A stretch of 64,000 nucleotides of DNA from Marsupella aquatica (Eukaryota; Plantae; Marchantiophyta): assembly GCA_973895155.1 (NCBI GenBank), contig OZ316899.1:16457974-16521973 (forward strand), written 5' to 3'. How positions within the stretch are numbered: the first letter of the stretch is position 1; the number at the start of each line of letters is the position of its first letter. Below, in pieces: positions 10,706 through 24,451 of this stretch. The translations under genes and the position numbers were made by a program. A model generated the notes under the pieces. That model saw only the letters and a list, made by a program, of their open reading frames with translations, was not told where the DNA came from and searched no databases.

Positions 10706-13700
10706 ACCAATTCAACGGGAGAGAGCTTGTCTGCAGCAGCTCGCCAGGTGGCATGATACACAGCAATTGAGAGGGGCAGAAAGAGCTAGTAGCTCTGTAA
10801 CTAAAAGTGGCGTCAAAGAAGAAACATAAGAAGAAGAGTCGGTAAGGAGAAGTAAGTCCCCAACCGACATGGGGGAACTAGAGGCACGGCCAGACAAGAG
10901 GCTAGGAACCAGACTGAGCCAATGGTCACGCATTCATTACAAGGCATTTCATGGAAGAGGAGATGAGGATCCTGACAAATGGTTGGATGACTTCGAGGGA
11001 ACCACTACAGCAAATGGAGAGTGAGCTATCAAGATGCAAATTCTTCCCGGCCTGTTCAAGGGTGAGGCTAGGCCATGGTACAGAGCATTGAATGTGGAAG
11101 ATCAAGCCATCTGGCATACCTTCAAATCACTATTTGTCAAAGAGTTTTGACCCATTGGAACTTCAGAGCTAGCAGTGCTGAAGTTAGGATGACTTCGGTT
11201 CAAGGAGAACAAAATAATCCTTCAGGAAGTTCTTGCAACGCTTCCAAAAGCTGGTAAGACATACAAAGACCAATGCATCTGAAGGTATGCAACTTCAATG
11301 GTTGGTGAATGCTTTGCCACAAAAGATGAGTTTTGCAATTAGGAAGGAGAACCCAGAGACTTTAGCCGAGGCAATTAGAGATATCAAATTGTACATTAAT
11401 GCAGATATCACAAGCCGAAAGAAACAACTCAAGTCTGAAAGTTCCTCGTCGGAGGAAGGATCAACCCATAAGAAAAAAGATACAAAGAAGAAACATTCTA
11501 AGAAGTCAAGAAGTGATAACTCAAGCTCGGATAGTGGAAGTAGCAAGAGTGAGTCATCTTCTAGTTCTGAAGAAGAAAAATCTAGGAAAAAGAAAGGCAG
11601 GAGAAGGGGGAAGTTAAAAGTCAAGCTAGAGGCTAAAACTCCAGATAACCTCGTAGCTCTTACCGATCAGCTAAAGGCTATAATAGCAAAGGTAAAGCCA
11701 AAGAAGAAAGTAGTAGTAGAGGATAGCTCTGTATGGTGTGCCTTATGTTATGAAACCGGACACCATAAAGATGCATGTCCTAAACTCAATACTAGTCATG
11801 TTCGGCGTGTAGCTGAGGTCAGACCATGTCAAGGAGAAGTAGAGTACTTCCTAGGGGATGCCGCTGATAGTGTTTTTGGCATTAGTGAGACTGCAGCACG
11901 AGACCTATCCAACCGACTTGCATCTCTCTAATCAGGATTAAGAAACAATCTGGGAGAGATGTATCCTCGGATCATTCAGAATCTGCCAGTACCTCCTAGG
12001 CCGTACCCTAAAGATTTGCGGCATGCTATAATTGTGGTCAACCTGGCCATTTTGCTAGAGAATGCCCGAATGCACAAAAACAAGGTGATGGACAACCAGC
12101 TCAGCTATGTATGGGATGCCAACAGGAGGGTCACATGCTAGGACAATGTCCTACTTGGTTGGCAGGACTGGCCGCAAATCATAAGCTCTTGCCGGTCAAG
12201 GTCTTGCCACCAAATACTACCCCAGGAGGAGTTCAAATCAACCACATTGAACTCGAATGGCAAACGGATGTAGAGGCAGAGTTTGGACCATCTGATGATG
12301 AGGCCGAGGCCCTATCAACATTCTCAGAAGAGGATTTGGATCATGATTGCTACCGTGTCTCTACTCGATCCACCAGAAGGAAGGAAAGGTGAGATGGGCT
12401 GGCCAAAAATAAAGGGAAGGTTAAGGAAGAAAGGATCGACTCTTTGTCAACATCAACAAAAGGAGAAGGAAGGTGCCGGCAACACAGGTAAGCCATGAGC
12501 TCACCAATGAGCCCAATCCTTCACAAGACAACGACTTCAATCGAGATCACCCTAAGTTATTCTACCCCTCTATTACGGCAAGTGTTAAGGAACAACTTCA
12601 AGAATTAGAAACCCTGGAGAATACCGAAGCCATAGCCAAGGATGTGAAACGAGCAAAAGCGTTGTTTGCTTCTGAAAATCCTACGCCTGTGGAAACTAAC
12701 ATGAAACAGGCCAAAGCCAAGATAGAGACACCGCCAAAAGAGAAGCCAATAGTCCCCTATGACCTGGCTAAAGATGTACTAGAATCTAGAGTCTTGGCAA
12801 CGGTAGGTCAACTATTGAAAAATAGCCTGTACTTCCGGAAATAGTTAAGGAAGGCAATTCTTGGCAAGCCGAGATTACCCAAGGTAGCGACCAGATCTGA
12901 CGTGTTAATGATAGAAGAAGATCAAGGAGCCCCAGCATTACCATTAATGATTCAAGGAGATATATTACTGCGGGTACCCATCGATGGAGGATCAAGGGTA
13001 TGTATTATGATTGATTCAACAGCAAAAGGGTGGGGTCTAACGCCGGAGATGACTGGAAGAGTGTTGAACATGGCCAATGGGTATCAGGTCATTCCCACGG
13101 GAGTGTTAACCGACATCAAGACTGAGATAGGAGGTGTCTTGTTTAGCATTAACTATGTAGTAATGAAGCCGGTAAACCCTACATTGTTCCAACTATTGAT
13201 TGGCAGACCATGGCTGTACCTAGCCAAGGTAATAGAGGATTGGGATAAGAAGGAGTTCACTTTTGGGACCCCCTCTATCACGGTATCCTGGGACACCAAG
13301 GATGACTGTAGGAGAAGCATCAGGGAGGTAGACGGGTACGACAGTGGACTGGAGTCAGCTGATGAGGTACGTTGGCTAGAATGTCTCACTGACCTGACCG
13401 AAGAAAGTGTCTTTGGACCAGAAGTACCCCCCAACAGACTATGGCAAGAACCTATGGAGAGTGACTTGGAAGAATGTGAAGAAGAGACCGAGGATTGCTT
13501 TGCCATAGAGTCCACCTTTTTAGCTTCAATTCTGGAGGAAGCACAAGAGGTGGTCCAGTTGGATGAAACAATTAAGTGGGGAGCTGCACTAGAGACAGTG
13601 AATTTTTCTCAGGCGTTGTGGTAGACCCGACAAGATCCACAACTCCGTCTATCATTGACAACCAATTAAACACCAAGGGATCAACTTACAAGCCAATCAC

Positions 13701-15271
13701 AAGGGCAGAACAAATTGAGGCCCTACTAGAAGCCGGAAGAGCACAACGGCCTGACCCTCAGGAAGCAGGAATGGATGAGATGCAAAGAACCAATCCAGAG
13801 CCGAGTCATGAAGGGAAGCCAACAACCAATTCAAAACCGAGTAGAACGGCAAGAGAACAGTCTACGGATAACGAGGGAGAAATCAAGTCAACCGACTTAG
13901 CTAGTACAGCCGAGATTCCAGTCTATGGAGGGATGAGACTAGAGAGGCTAGAAGCCAAGTTGGACCCAAATTTGAAGAACCAGATTAATATGATCCAAGC
14001 ACGGCAATACCGAAAGCTTGACTTAGGAGAAGGAAGGGAACTAAACTTAGGGCGGGACCTAGCACCCAAGCTTGAGAAGGAGATCAGTGAATTACTGATT
14101 GAATTTCAAGATGTGTTTGCATGGAGTCACCAAGATCTGAAGGGAGTAGACCCAAAATTAGGAGAACACCGAATTGATCTAATGTTAGGAGCCAAATCGT
14201 TTTGACAACCGATTCAAAGGATGAACCCTAAGTATTCCCTGATGGTCAAAGCTGAAATTGACAAGCTAGTGGAAGCCGGATTCATCACTCCAGTCCTACA
14301 TTCAGACTAGGTGTCTCCAATTGTGATAGTTCCCAAGAAAGCTGGACCCGATGGTAAACCCAAGATCCAGGTTTGTCAGGATTATAGGAAGTTAATTGAA
14401 GCTACATTGAAAGATCATTTCCCTTGACCCTTTACTGATATGGTGCTAGACATGGTAGCTAGTCATGAACTATACTCATTCATGGATGGGTACTTTGGTT
14501 ATAACCAAATCAGGATTAGGCAGGAGGACCAAATCAAGACAGCCTTCATCACGGAATGGGGGATCTATGTCTTCAATCGTATGCCGTTCAGACTCTGTAA
14601 CGCACTAGCTATGTTCCAAAGATTGATGGTGAACATTTTCCATGACTACTTGAGAAAGTTCATGGAAATCTTCATTGATGACTTTGCAGTGTTTGGGAAG
14701 GCATTGAAACATGCTAAATACCTCAAGAAGACCTTCATGAGATGCAGAGAGGTAGGTCTCAAGTTACACCTAGATAAATGTTTCTTTGGAGTAACAGAGG
14801 GTGTGCTGCTAGGTCAGAAGGTATCAAAGAAGGGCATGATGATTGACAAGTGTAAGCTAGTAGTGTGGCTAGATATCATGCAACCTAAGAACATAAAGGA
14901 CGTGAGATCCTTCTTGGGGTGCATTGGCTATTATCGCCGGTTCATCAAGGATTTTGCCAAGCTAGCTTTACCATTGACCAACATGCTCAAGGTAGGCGAA
15001 CCCACACCAGAACGAGTAACAACAGTGGTGGAATTAAAACAAATGTTAGTTGAGGCCCCAGTCATGATAGCACCAGACTGGAACAAAGATTTTCATGTCT
15101 TTGTAGATCTCTTAGGCTTCTGTATCGGCTCAGTACTAAGTCAGTTGGATGAGAAAGGAAGGGACCATCCCATATACTTTGCAAGCCGCCAGCTTGTCGA
15201 TGCCGAACGAAACTACTCCACCACAGAAAGAGAAGCATTAGGAGTCATTTATTCATGTAAAAAGTTTAGGC

Positions 15272-15471
15272 TATTCAAAGACAAGAAGATGAGAGTAGAA
15301 CATACACCAACAACTGGAGGTTCCCTCCAACTTCCATTACCTTATAGAGTCCCTAAGGACTCGATCTATTACATGCGGTTAGGTTGTTAGTAACAACCTA
15401 AGCTTTGGTTAGTTAGGACTAACTAACCCTACTATTATGACTTGGGTTAGTGTTAACTCCATATTACAACA
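15272..15471 (-). repeat. Copia 3' LTR (200 bp, TG...TA termini)
   Basis: Direct repeat of 21053-21251 with about 3 substitutions and 1 indel; adjacent to the PPT. Confidence 0.95.
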
Positions 15472-16102
15472 CTCCCCCTTGGTTACTTGAATAGCATAAT
15501 AAAGTAACCATCTTAAGGAGTAATACTAACCCTAGGTGGATTATTTTGGTACCCATAAGGAGAGTGTGGTCTCATTAAAACCCCCCGCTTTCTTCTGGGG
15601 GGAAAGAGTACCACCACTCTGTACATTGCATGGGTCCGTATTGAAATGTAGACGCAGAGTAGAAAAGAAAACTAAGAGTATTGCGCTGCAGCGTTCCTAA
15701 TAAGGTATGCGACCTAAAACTGGCTTATGTTAGTCTTTTTACGAAGGGAAGGAGTTTAGCATGGAGATGATGGGTCGCTGCGTCTCCATGTGTAATGCTT
15801 CATTATTTTTGTATAGACGGTGAAGGTAAATGGCTGCAACATGGATATCTTTGATTCTTGTTTAGCAAACAGTCGTGTGCTTCGATGGATGCGTTCTTGA
15901 TAGGCGAAGGTGAACATGCAAATGCATCTTGAGTGGTAATGGCTGCTGTGTCTTCTATAATTGTGCAGAAGATGGAGGCGGATCGCAATGGTCATGTCTG
16001 CTCTGTGTGCAGTGTGGATAGGCTTCTCATGCCGATGCCGTATGAATGTTCCTTATGCAAAATTGGTGGTAATGGCTTTGTGAATAAGTCTGCTCGGTTG
16101 TC

Positions 16103-19100
16103 TCAACTGGGTATCCATTCGACCTGAATTTGATCACCGTGCTGTTCATGTGTATAAAAGAATTTCGGTGAGATGTGTTTAATTCTGTCACCTTTTATGA
16201 AGCCATGAGCAATTTGATCCACACAGGGGCGGTTGTCTTCGTAAATAGTAGTGGGCTTTTGAAATTGTTGGCGACCAGTGTGCTTGTGGATGTGATGGAG
16301 CATGCTGCGTAACCATACACATTCTCTGTAGGCTTCATATAGAGCTATGGTTTCTGCATGATTAGAGGATGTTGTGGTTAGTGTTTGCTTGGAGCTTCGC
16401 CACGAAATTGCAGTGCCACCTTGAAGAAAAATGTACCCTGTTTGTGATTTGGCATCTCTAGGGTCAGAGAGGTAGCCGGCATCTGCAAATCCAATCAATT
16501 TGTCTTCAGCATCTTTCAGAAAAATAGACCAACGTCGACTGTGCCCTTCAGGTATCGAAAAATCCTTTTCAGCCCATTCCAATGGCGGATGGTTGGCTGA
16601 GAACTATGTCTGGCCAATAAGTTGACAGCAAAAGAGATGTCGGGACGAGTCTGATTAGCCAAATACATAAGGGCGCCAATGGCAGAGAGGTAGGGTTTGT
16701 CTGATCCAAGAAGAGGTTCTGTTTTGCCGTGCCTTCTGAACATATCTTTGTTAGTGTCTAAGGAGCGAAGCTCCATTGGTGTGCTGATAGGGTGAGCTGC
16801 TTGCATATTGAACTGTCGTAAAATCTTCTCTGTGTAGGTAGATTGACTAATCAGAATACCATTGTGCAGGTAGTCAAACTGAATGCCGAGGCAGAAGTTA
16901 GGTGGACCAAGGTCCCTCATTTTGAATGTGCCCTTCAGAATACTGAGTGTATGGGCTGTGAGTTGTGGTGTCCCGAATATATTCAGGTCATCTACATAGA
17001 TAGCTATTATGACGAATTCCTCTGCCTCAGATTTCAGAAATAGACAGGGTGCTAGCTCATCATTTATAAATCCCAAAGCTAACATTTCAGCTTGGAATTG
17101 TTTATACCACATCCGGCCACTCTCCTTTAGGCCGTACATTGAACGCAAGATTTGTATGGCATATTCCATTTGAGGTCTCTTGCTGCGTGCAGTAGGCACT
17201 TGCTGTGTAGTATGTGGTGGGTATAGCCCACCAGAGCGTACAGTAGGTCCTGAATTTGTAATTTGCACAATTAAGGGCTCAGTAGGAGCCATCTGGATCA
17301 TGCCAGATCGTAGTGATTGGACTGATATGCCTGACTTCTCCCCCTGAATGTGGAAAGACAATCTATTGAGAAGCTCTGGAGGAGCTTTCATGTAAATTTT
17401 GGTATCTAGCATGCCATACAGGTAAGTTGTTATTACATCCAGGATGTGCATGACTAGCTTGTGTAGTAAAGCAAACGCTATCATGTAGCGGTATGTAATT
17501 GAGTCCATCATTGGGGAATGTGTCAGGTCATAGTCTTGACCTGGGATTTGAGTGTAGCCCTTCACCACTAGTCTGGCCTTATATCTAACTACTTCGCCCT
17601 TGGCATTTCTCTTTCGGACGAAGATGAATCTGTAGCCGGTCAGATGGCTGTGGGTGGAGCTGGAGTGATTGGTCCAAAAACCTGGCGTTTGATCAAAGAG
17701 TCAAGTTCAGAGTTAATAGCCGCTTCCCATTGGGGCCAGTCTGGATGAGATTGACATTCTGTTACTGTCAATGGATCTGGAGTATCATTGGTTATCTCTT
17801 CTGATATCATATATGCAAATGCATCATCTATGGTAGTGGTTTCTCGTTTCCAGACTTTGCCTGAATGCATATATTGGATGGCTATTTTGTCATTGTCATT
17901 AACTAAAGTTGGTTGAGGTCCAGGGGGTGCAGGTGTGGGTCTTAGGGCTGTAGGTACAACAGCTGTGGTCCGGCGTTGCCTGGGTTGGCTATCTTTTGAG
18001 CCTAGTGGTCTGCCCCTTTTTGCCTTAGGGGGGGCTTCGGTAGCTAGTCGAGTGGGTTGGATTCATGCTGGTGCATTGGCAGCTGGTGTTAAGGACTGAG
18101 TGACATTTGCTGCATCATTAAAGGCGTCTGGGAGTTTCTCTAACATTTGTTGAAGGTGGAGGATTTTCTGTACTTCTGCTTCGGTTTGGACTGTCCGTGG
18201 GTCATGCTGGAAGGGGGGTTTTAACTGCCATTGTAATTCCGGAGTATGGACAAGGGGACTTGATGTCTGGTTCTCCATTAATTTGGGGAAATCATCTTCA
18301 ATAAAATCACAATCAAGGAACCGTGCCTTGAATAGATCTGCTGTAGATGGTTCTAAGTACCGAATAATTGATGGTGAGTCGAATCCTACATATATCCCCT
18401 GTTGTCTCTGTGGGCCCATCTTGGTGCGTTTGGGTCCCAAAATGGGGACCAGTACCAAGCAGCCGAAGATGCGAAGGTGAGAGACATCAGGTGGGATCCC
18501 GAACAATAATGGTGTGGGGTGTACTTGTTATAGGCAGATGGTCTGTATCTGATGAGGGAGGAGGCGTGTATGATAGCATGACCCCATGCTGATATAGGTA
18601 AATTGGTCTGTAGCAGTAAAGGTCTGGCTATCATCTGCAGTCGCTTGATTAAGGACTCAGCTATTCTGGAAGTGTACATGGGGGACAGGATACTGAACAT
18701 TGATCCCTGCAGTTTTGCAGTATGTGTCAAATGTCCGGGATGTGAATTCACCAGCATTATCGACTCGCAGGGTGCGGATCGGATGATCTGGAAATTGTGA
18801 TCTTAGTTTCAGTATGTTGGACAGTATCCAAGAAAATACAAGGTTTCTGGTTGATAGCAAGGAGACTTGGGACCATTTGGAGGAAGCATCAATGAGTACT
18901 AGGAAGTATCAGAAGGGGCCTGATGGGGGTCTATAGGGCCGCACACATCGGCATGTAGGCGTTCAAGGAATCGGGGTATAGAATATATGGTTTTGTCAAT
19001 GGAGGGGCGGATGACAAGTTTACCCTGGGAACATGCTGTGCAGATTTGTTTACTTTGGGATGGGTGTACGCCAAGTGGGATGCCGACTGTGTCCTGAATG

Positions 19101-20628
19101 ATTCTATGGTACATGGTGGTGCCCGGATGACAAAGGCGGAGATGGCATTGGTCTGTGAGTGTTCTGGTTGCCTTTTTTGTGTGATATGAATATATGTGAG
19201 TGATATAGAGGCCAGGAGGATGGTTTAATAGGGTCTCTTTGATTATGAGTCCTGTATTAGTTTCGGCCAAAATGTGCAATACCTCCTGTCGATCTTGTTT
19301 GCTGGTATGGATGTGTAAGTTGTTGTCCCGTATATTACAAAAACTTATCAAGTTGCGGGTGGCTATAGGGGCTATATGGCTGATCAAATGCGGATGGTTG
19401 TTCCTCCAGGAAATTGGACTATGGCTGGGCCATTGCCCTCTTCAATGTGATTCTGTCCAGTGATGGTTGTGACAGGGCAATTGGATCGAATGATCTTGGT
19501 GAAGTGTTTCTTGTGGCGTAGTATCGAGTGGGATGTTCCGCTGTCCACAATACAATGTGTGGGAGCAGGATTGGCAGGGAGGTCGCTTTGTAAACTAACA
19601 GTATGAACCTCAGGTAAGGGTGAAGAGACTACGTACTGGTCAAGTTCATTGGGTGCCTCTAGGAAATTGCCGTGACGTCCGGGGCCTAGTTGATGCAAAT
19701 TATCTTGATATAGCTTCACTAAGTGGGCAGGGGCACGACAATCTTTTTGTGTGTGACCTTGAGTTCCACATCTAAAACAAGTGGGAGTGTCAGACTTATC
19801 TCTGTTGTAGGTGAGGTAGCCTTGACCTCTACCGTGGATGGAGCTGCGGCCTCCTCCTCTGTTGCCTCTCCGGTTCCAGGTTCATCTCGGTGATGTTTGC
19901 CAGTCGTAGCTCCTGCCCATGCCCCGGTTGAAGCGGCCTCGTCCTCTTCCTGTCGAACGTCCTCTGCCGCCATAGAAACTTCTGCCTCTGCCTCTAGTGC
20001 TGCCTTTCCTCTGTTGAAGTGGGTCTCGGTCTTGGTTGGTGGTGCAGCATTGCCGGGTGGTCGAGTTTTGGCGTTTTCAAGGAGCAAGATCTGGTGCTTT
20101 TCTGCTAATAGCATGTAAGCGATTAGTTCAGAATATTTGGTAAAAGTTCATGTTACGGTATTGTGCCGAGAGTACCAGGTTTGTAGCATGAAATGTTGAT
20201 AGCGTCTTCTTGATTTGTTCTTCGTTTGCTACAGGGTGATTGCACACTGCTAGCTGTGAGGTGATACGAAATAACTCGGTGTTGTAGTTGGCAATTGTAG
20301 CATGGTCTTGAACTCGTAAGTTGATCCAATCGTGGCATGCTGCAGGGAGTGATATAGTTTTCATGTGATCAAAGCGAGATTGTAGGTCCTCCCAGAGTAA
20401 GTGTGGGTTATATTGATTCAAGTACTGTCGCTTCAATGGGGCTGCTAAGTGATGACGGATGAGGATGAGGGCCTTTGCCTTCTCTTGAAGAGTGCATCCA
20501 GCGTCTCTGGTGATCGTGTCTTGGAGAGATTTGGAGCTGAGATGTGCTTCAATATCCAGGGACCACGATAAGTAATTGGCCCCATCAATTGACAGTGCCT
20601 CAAATAAAAGTTTCTCTACGGTGGTCAA
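16103..20628 (-). pseudogene. gag-pol: Copia gag-pol polyprotein, frameshifted
   Basis: ORF pieces: gag (20128-20628), protease CIVDSGTSH, integrase HLRLCHPG / HADVCGP / RVDNAGEF, RT AIYVDDL, RNase H GFADAGYLSDP...YEDN. Confidence 0.9.
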
Positions 20629-21037
20629 TGTGTCTATCCGGGGTAGTCTATGAATGTGAACTGTTGGAAATCAATGTCGAATGTTCAGAATGCTATAAAT
20701 GTCGGATTTAGCTGCCTTGAGCATTTTCGTGTGGATTTCGTGGATGGATGACTGTGGCGCTCTTCCTTCGTAAAAGTGAATGTGGGCAATTTGATGGAAT
20801 GCAAAGCCTCGCTGCAGGAATGATCGCTGATCTCTGGTGGGGGTCAATTAATCTCAAGTGTTGGGTGACGCTTCACAGAGTTTGGAAGAAAATCACGAAG
20901 ATGAGTTGTGGATACAATCGCTTTTGGGTAGTGCGTAGTATGGCATTGATGGCTTGTGATCTAGCTTGTTTGATTTGTGGACAGTCAGTTCATGTGCCAG
21001 TGTATGAGAAAAAAAATTCTATGCTCAGCTTTGGCAG

Positions 21038-21052
21038 CTCGTGCTGATAACG
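21038..21052 (-). promoter_or_regulatory. Copia primer-binding site (internal half-tRNA-iMet type)
   Basis: CGTTATCAGCACGAG immediately after the 5' LTR, without a TGG start; this PBS type is characteristic of Bianca. Confidence 0.75.
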
Positions 21053-21251
21053 TATTCAGAGACAAGAAGATGAGAGTAGAACATACACCAAAACTGGAGG
21101 TTCCCTCCAACTTCCATTACCTTATAGAGTCCCTAAGGACTCGATCTATTACATGCGGTTAGGTTGTTAGTAACAACCTAAGCTTCGGTTAGTTAGGACT
21201 AACTAACCCTACTATTATGACTCGGGTTAGTGTTAACTCCATATTACAACA
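21053..21251 (-). repeat. Copia 5' LTR (199 bp)
   Basis: Direct repeat of 15272-15471, followed by TSD TAGGC. Confidence 0.95.
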
Positions 21252-21505
21252 TAGGCATTATTTGCTAGGGTACAAGGTAATCTTTCATACTGATCATGAA
21301 AGTTTGAAATACCTAGTGAATAAGCCAGACCTTACAGGCAAGGTAGCAAGATGGATATTGCTATTATAGGAATTTGACTACGAGCTAAAAATCAAGCCGA
21401 GAAAGCTTTAGGGTTTAGGGTTTGTTTGCTGTTGTTTTTGCTTACAATTTAGCCTATAAATCCACTACCGGTCATACCCCCTTTTTCTTAACCTTTGGAT
21501 AAAAA

Positions 21506-23907
21506 GCTCTGGTACCCATGTGTGATGCCAATGACATGGTCCTTATTCTATAATCTGATTAACTAGGCTGTTGTATGCAAGGAGTAGCTATTGATATTGC
21601 ATAACAATTAGCAAGCTGGTAAGAATAAGGGCAATCATGTCGTTAAGAGTAGGGATAAAGGTATTTCAACTTGAAGACTGCACAACCAAGGCAGACACAG
21701 TTGAGGTAGTCACTGTCAAGGCCACAAAGGAGAAACTGGGGAAGAGAGGATTCAACTCTTCAAGCATACCATCTTCTTGACAAGCAAGATGGAGCATGAA
21801 GGCTCTTCAAGACGCCGGTAAAGAGGTAGGTGTGGTAATTCAAGGAAGCAAGTCTCCATGGCTGAATATGAAGCTGTGGGGTATGGAACTCCAAACTCAG
21901 GATGAAATCTAAATGTCTTGGGTGTGTAGCTTCATTTTGTTAGTTAGGTTAGTGGTTCATAGTCTAGTCTTAGAATGTTAGGGAAATAAAAGGCTATGTT
22001 GCGGGTGGTCGGCGACCATATCTCGTTCAATATGTCACCAAATCCGGATCTATAAAGAGCATTGGAAAGATCTAGTCAAGGCAAGTAAAATCCATAGAAA
22101 ACACTTGGGAAACGGAGGTGTATTAAGAAAGATACGATCTGATTAGTGTGACAGGTTAACTTGTGGCCGGAATTAGCGGATTCAGCTTTGGTTTTGGGTT
22201 ACCCTAAGCTCGGCCACGGCTTAGCTTTTGTGAGCATGGCTTCAGCTTAGCTCAGGTCAGCACAGCTTTAGCTTAGGCTTAACTTGGGTTTGGATTAGAT
22301 TGATCCCGGGTTAGACTGAACTCGGGTTAGCCTAAACTCGGGCTCGGGTTAGCATAGGTAAGCTCGGGTTTGGGCTCAGCTTAGCCTAGGTTAGCAGATA
22401 GCGGGTAGTGGCCTAACCTGAGACCATGGGTTAGCCAAACTCGGGTTAGCTATGTAACTTGGGTTAGCGCAGAAATGAGTACCCCCTCTCGGTTACGAGG
22501 GCATAGCTTTCTGTGTATTTGACCAAATCGGCTATAATTGACCTCGTTGGAAAGAGGAGCTCAAGACACTTCCAACGCTGCTATCCATGCAGCAAATGGT
22601 TGAATAGAGAAATTGGGAGAGGAGGCACAAGCTTGCAAAAACTATGGAGGAGGGCCAAATCCGAAGTACATAGCCAATTTGAGATAGAAATAAAGCTGCA
22701 AGTTAGGGTTCGGTAGTTAGAGATAGTGGCAGCTCTGTTAGGGTTGGGATGAGGCTCCAGCAGCGTAGCATCCACCCATTTGGACTCAATGTGAGAGTAT
22801 ATAGAGTAGCCCCCCGGTAGAGGCAGGGGGGACTTCAGTTGTGTGATCTCACGTAGACTGAACAACGGGGAGGAGCTCTGTGCAAGGAAGGCTAGGCTTG
22901 GAAGCTATGTGTTGGGAAGAGCTTGGTTGTGCTATTACTCTGGGAGTGATCAGCCACGCTTCACAGCAACAATTGGCCAGGTTTGCAAGCTGGATTGTGG
23001 CTCTTTCTAGTAGGCAACACCACTGGGTTCTTTTCCCCTGATACAGAGCCTTGGTGATAGGTGATGTGTTGGTGATTGTAAAATGTGGGGAGGATTTCAA
23101 TGTTATTTGCGGTGAGCACATTAGGGAGGCTGAGATACTGATTGAGGGGTAGCAGAAGGAGCATTTACAGTTTAGTCTGGCAAGGCTACGTGATCCATGG
23201 GGAGTCCCGGCCTTTGTCTGGTAGAGAGCACTAAGGGATTTATGGCCAGAGTTGAGCTTGCAAGGCAAGCGTGAGGCCGGGCCTCATTGTAGTCTGGGGT
23301 AGATTGCCGTTAGGCCTGGTACCAGCTGTGAAGTCAAGTCAACTGTGCATGAGTAACTTGCCATTCTAAAATGGAGGTGTGAGATCTATATGTGCCCCCA
23401 AGAATGAAGTGTAGTGAAGGAGGTTGAGTTCAAGATTGAGTTTGCAAGGCAAGTACGGGATTGGTTTGAGTCCAATCTGCCATTGCAATCTGGAGTGAGC
23501 CGGGCTCAGGTTCAGGATTGAGCTTGCATGGCAAGCACGGGGCTTGCAGGGCAAGCACGTCGCAATCTGGAGTAGATAGTCTTCGGGCCTATTGTTTGGA
23601 TCAAGTGTTCTCAGTGAACTATTGTGCACATCTTTGAATCTAATTGAGTTTTCCTCTCAGGCCTCATTTCTCTCATGGATGTGTGTGTGTGAGGCAATCT
23701 GAGTGTATGATGGGACTAGCAGCGCCACTGAGAGGTGTACCGGGTGCATTGAAGTGGGTTGGGTGAGGGCTATCATAGCTCTGATTGCTGAGAGTGGAAT
23801 GGCAGAGTGGTGGGGCAATGGCTTAGAAGTCCATAAGCCGGGAATCAGTCAGGATTCACTGGTTTATGGATACATTGTGGCGGCAAAATTGAAATATACC
23901 TATGACA
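21506..23907 (-). mobile_element. Probable ~2.4-kb LTR of another family with degenerate tRNA-Met PBS
   Basis: TGTGATG...TATGACA ends; adjacent TGGGTACCAGAGC (21506-21518, minus) resembles TGGTATCAGAGC; non-coding; internal CTCGGGTTAG/TTAGC repeats at ~22190-22470. No second copy in the window. Confidence 0.5.
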
Positions 23908-24219
23908 ATAAGCATACGTATAGACATATGCACACCGTAGCGCTAGGCCCTGTGTGTACGGACCCGATATGAAGACCCCTTCTCACCAGAACTATCATGA
24001 GCACAGGGTCTGATTCCCAACCTTGGTTCCTAGGGATTGAGCTTTGATGATGTGTGATAGAGTCTTGCTATGATAGTCTGGTGTTAAGGGCATAAACTGG
24101 TGTTTACCAACCTTCACAGCATCCCTTTGTGATCCTCAGGTACAAGGAGATGGTTTTGGCACCCAATAGTGATGTTTTTGGTGTTAAGACCCATGTCAAT
24201 CGCGTGACACTGACAGACG

Positions 24220-24415
24220 ATTAACTAGGAAGTTATGGGCGTTGCCAGTTGGTGGCGTGCCCATACATGCGAGATAGGGTTTGGGTTGGGGACCAAAAGT
24301 TTGGGGACCAAAGGTGATCCAGGGGTGGCAAGTCTCCAGAAGCATATATGAGGGGAGTGGTGTCTCCCTGGGGGCTAAGGGCAAGCCCGAACTTGTGAGT
24401 CGCGGTGGTCGTGAG
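24220..24415 (+). repeat. Fragment of family X LTR
   Basis: Reverse complement of ~32420-32610, including the GCATATATGAGGG TATA-like motif. Confidence 0.8.
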
Positions 24416-24451
24416 TGGTGGGCCTAGCCACCCAACGCCCTCACCAATCCG

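Larger units (their letters stand above)
15272..21251 (-). mobile_element. Full-length Ty1/Copia retrotransposon, Bianca-like lineage, coding region decayed
   Basis: LTRs 15272-15471 and 21053-21251 (~98% identical), TSD TAGGC (15267-15271 / 21252-21256), PBS CGTTATCAGCACGAG, PPT AAGGGGGAG (15472-15480), order gag-PR-IN-RT-RH, gag start LLFEALSIDGANYLSW, Bianca-type 3' motif GGTACTCTTTCCCC..GGGGTTTTAATGAG. Confidence 0.93.
10706..21405 (+). mobile_element. Decayed non-chromovirus Ty3/Gypsy internal region (gag-PR-RT-RH), related to the intact 35938-50666 element; interrupted by a Copia
   Basis: Fragmented ORFs with zinc knuckles, IDGGS protease, FIDDF RT and RNase H. Shares distinctive motifs with the 2132-aa ORF (RDHPKLFYP, CYRVSTRS, PVYGGMRL). 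RNase H reading ...CKKFR resumes as HYLLGYKVIFHTDH after 21256. Confidence 0.88.

Noticed and set aside
14440-15390. Novel C-terminus on RT/RNase H
   Set aside because: The tail is translated Copia LTR after the insertion point at 15272.
21407-21423. TTTAGGG x2 as a telomere-healing scar
   Set aside because: Only two units, in a probable retroelement leader; telo-box-like motifs also occur elsewhere (e.g. 36657, 47354).
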